A program made the translations under genes and the position numbers. Shown here piece after piece: positions 25,948-37,100 of a DNA stretch of 64,000 nt (within the stretch, counting starts at the first letter, position 1; every line of letters starts with the position of its first letter). The DNA lies in assembly GCA_964035545.1 (NCBI GenBank), contig OZ037770.1:14498642-14562641 (forward strand). The letters run 5' to 3'. This DNA comes from Bugula neritina. Taxonomy: Eukaryota; Animalia; Bryozoa. The notes below the pieces were generated by a model. The model saw only the letters and a list, made by a program, of their open reading frames with translations, did not search any database and was not told the origin of the DNA.

Positions 25948-28900
25948 GGCACACACATGTTATATAGTAATGGTATTACAGTGGTACAGATAGACGACAT
26001 GTGTGCCGTCAACAGAACCAGCAGTACGTCTGCTGCAGGTTACATTTCCTCCCCGAACCTGGCAACAGGAAGTTACAGAGCTGACCACAACTGCTCGTAC
26101 ACCATCACAGGCAGCAACATAAAGCTGCATCTCATTACTGTCAACCTCACCGACAAGAATGACTGCCTGATGATTCACAAGGGTGTCAGGTGAGTCATCG
26201 TTCTCGGCCAATCATAAGGATTTAATTCTTTACAGAACTTTCAAAAATATTTTAATATTTTACTCTTTTCGTGTTTGAATATTTAATAATTATACAACTT
26301 AAGCAACTATTATGGAGAAAAAAAAGTTAGCAGAAGCATGAGTTACTAGATTTGTCTCTAAAAATGTAATACAAAACTAGGTTAATCTTTTCTAGTACAA
26401 AGACGTTTTGCGGAGGCCCAAGCGTGACGGAGAACTTCAACATAGTCTCGGTTCCTACTACTCAGATAGAGCTCAAGTTCACAAGCAACAGTAACTTCCA
26501 CTCCGGAGGTGTTTGGATCTACTATGAAAGTGAGTTCAACGCTATCTCAGTTTATGTCATTGTTGACCACTTTATATAATCTGCATAAGTAGAAAAAATA
26601 ATTCTTAATTCAATTTAATTGTAATTTTTACCTGCTTATATTTAAATTTCAAAGTTATTGTTATATAGTCTAGTGCACAATCAGAGCACATATTAGACAT
26701 ATCGTATTGTTTTATACAGAAGGGTCTTATAATGAGCTAATGGGTACTACTTTAATTCGATGCAAGATTAAACGAAAAACATTTCTATTTGCTTCCTTCC
26801 AGTGAAGTATTTCTAAAAGCTTCCTTTCAGTAAAGTATTTTAACTTCCTGTTATTAAAACTCTGCAAAAAGCTAAACTCTATAGAAGATACAAACTTGTT
26901 ACCTGTCCTGATTACTTGCAAGCAACAGATACAAAACCCATCGATACACTAGCTGCAAGGTCAACATAGCTTATTGATTAGGTGTCAGTTGAAAAGTCAG
27001 CAAGTAAACCTCGCAACAGCTCATTAATTATTTAAAGGCACTTATCTCCTGCTCATAGCAGAATGTTATTTGAGAGGGTGGGGTGCGAAGGAGCCCGAAC
27101 TTGGCCCTATAGTTTGCGGGCTAAAAAGCTAGCATGGGGTGAAGTGTGCTGAAGTGTGACCGTTTTGTTGACATAAGAAATATCTGTACAATAGGATGTC
27201 CTGTGTGTGAATAACTCAACACATTGATTGCTGTTTCAGTTTAAGCGGGAGGAGGTGTTTGTATAGTGATATAATAATTTGAATAATAATCTGCACATTC
27301 CATTGCTAGTTGTCAACAGAAGAAAACATAACCTAATTGAACTGCAAGCTGTTACACTTACACAGTTCAGATAACTTTTCTTTCTAATTATTAAATAGTT
27401 AAAGTTGATTTTAGCTTTATTTATTTAGCTAAATGTCATATGATATTAAGATATGTAGTTAGTTAGTTTATTTTCTAGTAGGCCCAATTGGTATATCCAA
27501 ACCTAATTTATTCAGAGCTATTGTATAGTGAGAGAGTTACAAGCAAGCTGTGTTAGTACTTTATAGAGGTGGGAAGGCAGTTCTATTATTTATACTCGTC
27601 TGAAAAGCAGGCAACTGAGTGCAAACTCGACAACTGCTTTTAAAGATGTAATTTATAAACCCAGTTTTATCTTACATAAAACAAATATTAATTGAGTTTG
27701 TGTGTCAGAAGTCACATATTTAGTAGAATTTTTGCATAAAATCTGTTGTCTATACTGCCTGGTATCAAAAGTCTATAGAAATGTTGTTATTCAGCAATTA
27801 AAGTTATGTTAGAAACTAGCTTTTTGTTTGTCACATTGATCTTAAAGCTATAGACTGAAATAACAGATGGAGAAAATTGAATTATGATGGAATTTAAATT
27901 GCAAACACTTTTATAAGAGCCGATAAACGATAAATAGCACCAGCTATTTGAAGTGTGCTACCAATACAGTCACTGGCCATGAATATAGCTGAATGGAAGC
28001 TTAGTGTGTATAGGTCACGTTTTAATTATAATATTCTTGCACTATTAGCATAATTATAAAATATACAGATGGGAGTTCATAAAGAAATAGATTGGAATTT
28101 TATTCCAGATGTTTTATAAAAATACTTTTTGAATTTCTGCCTGTTTGTCTGAAACAGATGGTGTAAAGGCCCATCATATTTTCTTCAGCATTGACAAAGA
28201 GATTTTATATATAGTTCAAAGCCGTTAAAAGTTAGTATGTGAAATATACCACTTGTATTATATCATGAGCTATTTTAGAATTGGCATGTTAAAAATAGTT
28301 TATAAAGCAGGTGTTTTAGTAAAGATGACCTTTTACATTTTTCTGCATTTCGAGTCATAAAAGATTTAGCAAATGTGTCAATCTTTCTAGGCAGGTGCAA
28401 ACTACAGCTTTTTATGTTTTAAGAAGACATCCGCTCAGCAGAAGTTGTTTTCTCTCAAAACCCATTCTATTTCAGACCCACATTATGACCCAAAGTCAGT
28501 TTAAAATAGAGTCGAGTGGATTTCAGCTGTCGAAGCTATTGAAAGATCGCTTGGTGTTTATTAGTTTTGTTTTTATTGTTGCAGTGTTGCCTTTTGCTCT
28601 CCCACCCCAAAGAACAGCAGCACCATCTACAGTGAAGACCACTAGAAAGCCAAATAGACTTAGATCAACCACGACAAATATGAGGGTGGCACAACCAACC
28701 CCCGAGCTAACATGGACAGTAAAAGTTGAAGACAGCCTAGATTTGAATGAAGATACTGATATAACTATATACAATAATGTATCAGCACACTTACCTACAT
28801 CCCAGTTAGGTAAGAGCTATAGATTCATATCTAATTCTTAAAATAAGCTGTCTTTGCGATATCATTATGCAATAATATAATATACCATGTACAATAGTAT

Positions 28901-30010
28901 ATTAGTACCTTTATTTAATGTTACTTAAAATAAAATATGGAATACTTATTTGAAATTGATTGCAGTTCTACACATTAACCAAAGTATAAAACATGTGTGT
29001 ATGTATTATAACTTCAAATAACAACACAATGTAGTTGCTAATCACAATAACTAACATTATGATACTACAAAATATATCTATAAAAATATACATGTCTATA
29101 AAAAACTTTCTAAAAATTATAAATATATTAAATATTTTTTTGTAAAATTTCTATTTTTTTTATAGATTGCAAAGAATTTCGTTTTTACTTTTATTTAGCT
29201 ACAAGTTTTTATCCATTTTTTTCAAATAAAGTTACAAACACACGCCATAATGCATAATAAGTAAGAATTTTAACTGCATTTTTATTCCTGCAACTTTTTG
29301 TTTACAGCCATAATTCTAGGACTAATATTTGGTCTATTCGGAGCGCTAATCACTGGATTGTTCGTTGTGTATTTCATAAAAAGGTGAGTTTGTTATTACA
29401 AATGAGTCATACAACTGTTGAGAAAATATCTCGTACAATTTTATAGACATATTTTTTTCAAACTGTAGCCAATAATATGAGCTAATATTTACGACTGCTG
29501 CATTAATTTTTTAGCTTTATTTACCCAACTTGTTGAATCTTTTATGTTGTGATGTCATTAGTTTTAGCACCTTTTCTTATGATGTCACCGGTTTTAACAC
29601 CATTTGTTTCCAATACCTATTTAGAGCTATACATCATTATGTTACAAAACCTTTTACAGCAGCATAAGTCACTTTAAAACTGCTAAAGAATTTTTAGGTT
29701 CATGAAAATTAAAAATTAAGTTGTGAATGTAAACTCAAAAGATAGTGCTTCTGAATTAAGCATATACAGGGGAAATAACTCTTGTAATTGTAGATATCGA
29801 GACCACAAGAAGAAGGTACGAAGGCGCCCAGGAGGAAATCAGAATATCATGTGGCACAACATCACAAACGAGTGTCTCTCCGAGATAATTCAGAAACATG
29901 AGACATCATTAGAACAGACGTACACAAACAACGTCATGCCTAAGGAAATAAATTCTAATAACTTAGCCTCAGTACACTACTACAAGCAGAATGAATACGG
30001 GATCTGCTAG
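23173..30010 (+). CDS. Type I membrane protein: signal peptide, SUEL/galactose-rhamnose lectin-like domain, CUB domain, Thr/Pro stalk, TM helix, Tyr-containing tail; ~410 aa
   Basis: Exons 23173-23257, 24711-24879, 24982-25100, 25982-26189, 26396-26529, 28585-28809, 29308-29383, 29794-30010 total 1233 nt, phase-consistent. SUEL: YG...C...CNGKTSCDI...C...NYLRVVYEC. CUB: GYISSPN...Y....CSYTI...FCG...LKFTSN...GGVWIYYE. TM: AIILGLIFGLFGALITGLFVVYFI. Confidence 0.85.
25881..25942. repeat. (TA)n microsatellite
   Basis: Directly visible. Confidence 0.98.
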
Positions 30011-31130
30011 TTTTAGTTCTTAGTCTATGATATTTATAACATTAGTGACTAGTTTTAGTGTTAGCTGAAATACTGATGGACTGATTTATGGGACTCCAGA
30101 TGCTACCATAAGAGACTCTACAACCTACTGGTTCAGTAAGGGGGAGAAAACCTCTAATAATTTGTGCAAAATTTTAGGTTTTCTCATGTTTTGCTATAAG
30201 TTTTAATGCGGCTGGTGATATTATTCACCGAGCATCACGTCTGCTGGAATTTAAACCTACAACTCTGTGTAAGAGTAACTCTTTATTCTTTAGCATGAAA
30301 TGTGAAATGAAAGTTTCATTTAATGAATAGGAACAATATTGTAAATGCCTATAATTTTATAGGCACAAATTCAACTATTATGATTGTATTACTATATTTG
30401 TTCTACTAGAGATATAAGCTGTAAATTTTAAGCTTTCCTCTACTTGAGATTAATCAAGTAACAACTAAATATTTATTAGCTCTGTTGTACAGTATTTATG
30501 TGCATTGAAATGCCTATTAATTTATCTCCATATTCTTACAGAAGTAATTGGAGTTATCTTGCCTTGTGCCAACTAACTTGCTGCTATATTTTTGTACATT
30601 GCATTAATTTTATTATAATTTATTGAATAAATTATTACGAAGAATTTGAAATTATGTAATAAAATTTAAAAGCATAAACACACTTAATTTATTATTAGTG
30701 ATCACAGTAATGTTTCCTTAAATTAAGATTTTGTGCAAAGAAAATAAACAATTGGGTGCAATTTAAATTATTATAATTAACTCGAAACTTACTAAAACTT
30801 GAAGCATTACAGCATATTTTCATGTAGAAAAATATGATTATCATTCAGAGTACAGCTTTTAAAAATTTCGGTGGCCTTAAAAATGTATGCATCAAGTTTG
30901 AATCATCATGACTTGAGTTTGTCTTTAGTAACTGTTGGATTTATCTCCCCTCAACTTCTGGAAGCCAGTGGGTTGAAATCATATTGTGTGTTAGCTGTAT
31001 GTCACACCAACAGTCTTATTGTGAAAGGAAGTTCAATTATTTGAGACTACATTATAGTACTATGACTATATTCCAGACTTAGATTGGATTGGAAGTTATC
31101 TACTCTACGTAGGATATATAGTAGCTTCTA

Positions 31131-34100
31131 TCAGGAATAAAAGCCCATCATAGTGTGGCATCTCGAGTGCTCCTCAAATATCTACAGAATCAACAACAGC
31201 AAACAACTGCAGCAGGAAACAAAATACTAAAATATAAGATAGAAAATAACTTTTTACTTATTAACAAGGAATGTTGAGGCAATAAAAATACAAATTGTTT
31301 TGCTTTCCTTAAAACTAAAAACTAAAAAATAAAATAAAAAAATGTACCGCCTACCAATGATGTGCTGAGTTCAAGGTCAAACTCCAGTCCTGTGATCTCT
31401 GATAATTTCTGTTGAAAAAATTTGATAGTCTGAAACAGAATCGAGGAATTCTGAACTAATGTAAAAGGTGAGAGTTGTGTTCTCTATCTAGATACAGGAG
31501 TTTTCTTTGTCTTCTGATTCAGTTGCATGAAATTTTACACAAACATTTGGACAGACAGACACACAGACAGATAGACAGACAAACAGATAGACAGACACAC
31601 AGACAGAGACAGACAGACACACAGACATACAGACAGACAGACACACAGACAGACATACAGATAGACACACATACCAACCTGTATTGCAAACTGACAATCC
31701 AGAGTCTGGCCATAGTGTGATTTATAACCAATACAGGAGAGAATAGACAGAGGTATCTGCTCTACTTTGAACATCTGCAGGAGAATGTTGAGTAGAGGAT
31801 CGGAGACGGGAGTGTCTGCAGGAAGGCTGGGAAATCTTGTCACTTTAAGGTAAAATAAGGTCAAGGTCAAATTAACGGAATAAGCAAATAAGTTTATAAT
31901 ACACAGGATTATTGGATGTGGCTGAAAGTTGTTTCGAATTTCAGAAAGAAAATGATTAGTTGAATTCAGGTAGTAAGATAACTCTCGGGTATGGGTTGTC
32001 TAGCAACAGCCCTACATGTGATAATATATAAAAATCTGCAGGCTATTTAATTTCACATTGATTATTTCGAAGTAAAATGGACAAACTCCTTGCTAACTTC
32101 ACAGAAAGAAAAATGAAATCATAGATGAGATTGTGCTGGTCTGATAAGGTTTTAAATACTTATAGAATATGAGTAATAAAATAGCAGGCTCGTGACGACA
32201 ATGATAACACAGCACAATGATAAACGCAGTCCTGGAAATATTTCATGGCATATGAACTGGGAATTTTCAACTTAGATTTCCTACGATATCTATTTATACT
32301 ACCAGTGCAACTATCTCTGATTATATATAGTATAGAGCTTAGACTAGGAGGAAATAACATAAATATCAATATTATGAAATTGTTTAACGTCAAATCAATA
32401 CATATTAGTAATGGCAGAAATTCCCATATCTACTCTCCTCCCCCAGACGGATTTTCAGCCAAGATGAACTTATGTGCAGCAGGATTTTGGAAATTGGAAA
32501 AAATGGGGTTGGATTTCCAAGGAAGAGGTATAAAAGTGGGAGCTGACAGCAGTTGTTCATCACAAGAGAAGACACTACTGCACCAACTTATACTACAGCT
32601 ACTACTCCAATTCAACAGGTAAGTTGAAATATAAATAATAAACTATTAAAATAAAATTCTGTACTTTAAATAAAATAATAAAAATATTTAAAAGTTTTAA
32701 GGATGTTTAATATGTGCATATTATATTTATAATTATTAGGTATCATATTAATTAAATTCAGTAATTTAAAAGTGTCTTAATATTTTATTTATAACAAGTC
32801 TGCTGTTGGTAAAGAAATTCATGAGTATTACAAGTAATTGTGCCAGTCTTGATTTACAACTTTCTATTGATTTCAATTTTTAAATTATCATTTCTACTTC
32901 AAAGTGAGAAAAATTGACAAACAGAACAATTTTTGTTAGCTTTTATTGCCATTCTACCACATTGCATCATAATAACTATTATAAGCTGAAAAACTTCATG
33001 TAAAATAAGTTTTATAACTTTATGATAAATTGCACAGTTGAACATGTCAGACGACGGTATTGATTACGCTGACTACCCTGTCCAGTTAGCCACCACTACA
33101 GAGGCCCAAACCCCTCGGGTGTCCAAGAAAGTTGAATATCCACATAAAAGAAATGATTGCCGCTACGACCAAATCAGAGAGAGCGGGTAAGAAACATTTT
33201 AACCAAAACACATTCATTTTGTGTAAACTAAACAACCTAATTTTTAAAAAGTGTGCTACTGAGTTATGCCACAGAATAAAACAGTTTTAACGGAATTTTT
33301 GAAATAATATTTTATTATATTTTGTTGACCCCACAGACCTTGCCACAACCAACAAATCTTCCTGAAAAGGAAGTGCCCGTGTGGCCTGAAAACCGATGGT
33401 GCAAAGGAGAGGCATTACCATACTGGATGCAAGTATGACAGAATCAAAGACCAGAAAACAGGCAATCTGTTTCTCATTCTGAAATGCAAATGCAGTGCTA
33501 CTCAACTGGTTTAATCAACTACCAACATAAGAACACTCTCTCAGTACAGATTCACAACTGACACACCAATATGAATGACACTGCATAAACTACACCTTAC
33601 TAAATAAATAGATACTTCCTATTAATTGAATTTGTCTCATATTGTAACTTTTGACTTGTACATTTTAAAAAAATTATAAAAACCCATTGCTATGTCAACA
33701 CCATTAATAAAATGCTACATAATAAAATCCAAATCCTAAAGATGAATTAATCATAACTATATTAAAACATTAACCAATGCTAATTCTAGTTTTCTAATAA
33801 AAATTGCTCTTAAATTTTAGAAATTGTCTACTCTAGTATGTAAACTATAGTTTTCCTGACCCAAAGTAATGAAGCTGCAAATTATACAAGCAATTATTCA
33901 AATATTTAAGAATACAGCAGCTTAATAACAACAAACTACCCAAACGCAATAACACAATGGCTTCAATGTTTTACTTCGTGTGAGCTGGGAATTCCCAACT
34001 TATATTTCCTACCATAGCTGCGTATACTACTGGTACAACTGGTATATCTGATTGTTCAGTATATGAGCTTAGAGTAAGAGCAAATGAAAGAAATAATGAG

Positions 34101-37100
34101 TGAGAGACTGCCTAACATGAAAGCAATGCACATGAGTAATGGCAGAAAATTCCAAATCTATTCCTCTCCCCCGGTCGGATTTTTAGCCACCATGAAACTA
34201 TTTGCATCAGCAAGATTTTGGAAATTGGAAAAAATGGGGTTGAATTTCCAAGGAAGACGTATAAAAGCACAGCTGGCAGCAGTTGTTCATCACAACAGAC
34301 GAAGCTACTACTACAGCTACTACTACTCCAACCCAACATGTAAGTTAAAATAGAAATGATGAACTACTAAAATAAAATTCTACAGTTTGAATAAAATATT
34401 AAAAATAGCTAAAGGTTTTAATATATATATTATATAAAATAGATAAAGTTTTAAGGATGATTATTAAGTGCATCTATTTATACCAAATATCATTTTAATT
34501 AAATTAAATAATTCAAAACTGCCTTAATACTTTATTTCAATTGAGTTTGCTGTTAAAAAAGACATGATTATTACAAAAAATTGCTCCAGTCTCGATTTAC
34601 AAATTTAAATTATTTTAATTTTTAAATTAACATTTCTTTCTCAATGCAAAAACAAAAGTCGAATAAAACAATTTTTTTCAGCTTTTATTGTTATTATTTA
34701 TTTATTGTTGTATTATAGTAATTATAGTAACTGTTATGATCCGAAACACTTCATGTAAATTATGTTTTATGAATTTAAGATAAATTGCACTGTCACCATA
34801 CAACTGAAAATGTCAGATGACGGTATCAACTTTAATAAATACTCTACCCAGTTGGCCACCACTTCCGATTCCAAACCCCCCAAAAGAGAGTACAAGAAAA
34901 TTGAATACCCACATAGAAACAACGATTGCAGCTATGTTAAGATCACTGGGTAAGAAACTCTTTCATCTAGAAATTTTTTTTTATAAATAAATTTAAGGTA
35001 ATTATGGGAAAATATGTTACTTAGTCATGCTGGTGAATAAACCAAGTTTTCATATAGAAGGATACAGATTAACGTTTTAAACAATATTTTCACATACTTT
35101 GTTCATGACACAGCCCATTTAACACCAATCCGATCTGGCAAAGGCAGTGCCCGTGTGGCCTGAAGACCAATGGTGAAGAGGAGAAGCATTACAACCGTGA
35201 ATGCAAATACAAAAGAATCAAAGACCAGAAAACAGGCAATCTGTTTCTTATTCTGAAATGCAAATGCAGTGCTTATTAACTGGTTTAATCAACTACCAAC
35301 ACAAGAAAGCTCTCTCAGTACAGATTCACAGCTGACACATCAATAGAAAAACATTGCCTAAACTACACCATATACTAGATAACTAAATAATTCCAATTAA
35401 TTCAATTTATCTCATATTGTAAATTTTGACTTGTAAATTTAAAAAAACTATAAAACCAACAAATTGCTACATTAACTCATCAAGAAACTGTTACAAAAAA
35501 ATCCAAAGGTATCATAAATTTATTTAACATTAATTCTATGGTCTTCTAAAAAAATGCTCCTAGATTTCAGATATTTTGTACTCTTGTATGTAAACTAATG
35601 TTTCCCTAACCCAAACTAATAAACATTAAGCACCAAGAACACAAGTATTGTAATTTTATTTACTTAAAAATGCTCTACATCTATGAATATGTAACAGTTT
35701 TTTTCTAATCAGATGGTCACAATTACACAGATTTTAAGTCTTAGATACTTATTTTAAATTACTTTAATGCTAATTTTATTTTATTTTTTAAAATGGTTTA
35801 GTGTAATAAAACTTTTCTTTCAAACCTGTCAAATCTATGTGATCTGTTGCTGTAATACTATTGTAATGATGGAACAATTTACAAATTACAATTTGATATT
35901 AAATTATTATAACCCACTAAATTATTGAAATAACAAGTTGAACATGAAAACATCAGCGTATTACCAGGTTAAAGCTATATGTACATGATAGCAAATTATT
36001 TTTAGAAAAAGCAATAAGTATGGCATCATTATCTAGTCAATGTGAGTCGGGAGTTTATAACTCACAGTTTCTGAGGAATACAAAATAAAACGGGCTGTAA
36101 CCCAACCCCCCCCCTCAAACTATCAAATTATTAATTGTTGACCTCATATAAAGTTGTACATTATGCAAACAGATTTTCCAATATTTAAGAATACAGCAGC
36201 TTAGTAACAACAAACTACCCAAACACAATAATAACACGATGGCTTCAATGTTTTACTTCGTGTGAGCTGGGAATTCCCAACTTATATTTCCTACCATATC
36301 AGAGTATACTACTGGTATCACTAGTATATCTCACGGTTCAGTATATGAGCTTAGAGTAAAAGCAAATAAGAGAAATGCTATGGTGGGATGTTGCACAACA
36401 TAAAATCAATACATATTAATAATGGTAAATAATTTTCAATCAATTTCGCTCTCCAGTCAAATTTTCAGCAAACATGAAACAATTGGCAGCAGGATTTTGG
36501 AAATTGGAAAAATGGGGTTGAATTTCCAAGGAAGGAGTATAAAAATGGCAGCTGACAGCAGTTGTTCATCACAAGAGAAGAGACTACTACACCAGCTACT
36601 ACTACACCTACTGCTACTACAACCCAACAGGTAAGTCAGAATAGAAATGAAAAAGTTCAGAGTTTGAATAAATTATTAACAATAGCTAAAGTTTAAAGGA
36701 TGCTCATTATGTGTATAGATTTATATTAAATATCATATTAATTAAATTAGGTAATTTAAAAGTGTCTTAATATTTTATTTCAATTGAGTCGGCTGTTAAA
36801 AAATCATGACTATCTAAAATAATTTAAATTATTTTAACTTTTAGATTAAAATTTCTTTATCAAAGCAAAAACAAAAGTAGAATAAAACAACTTTTTTTAG
36901 CCTTGATTGTTATTATAGCATGTTGTATTGTAGTAACTATAGTAATTATACTAACCTAAACACTTCATGTAAAGTATATTTTATGACTTCAAGGTAAATT
37001 GTACTGTTACTATAGAGTTAAAAATGTCAGACGATGGTATTGACTATGAAGAATTATACCCTGCTCAGTTGGTCACCTCATCCAAACCCCCCAAAAGAGT

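Noticed and set aside
32245-32622. Similar ORFs at 32245, 34084 and 36422 (…WKLEKMGL.FQGR…) as a protein family or signal-peptide exon
   Set aside because: They run across the kB/TATA promoter, differ in frame and start between copies, and splice out of frame with MSDDG or into a stop. The similarity reflects duplicated promoter DNA.
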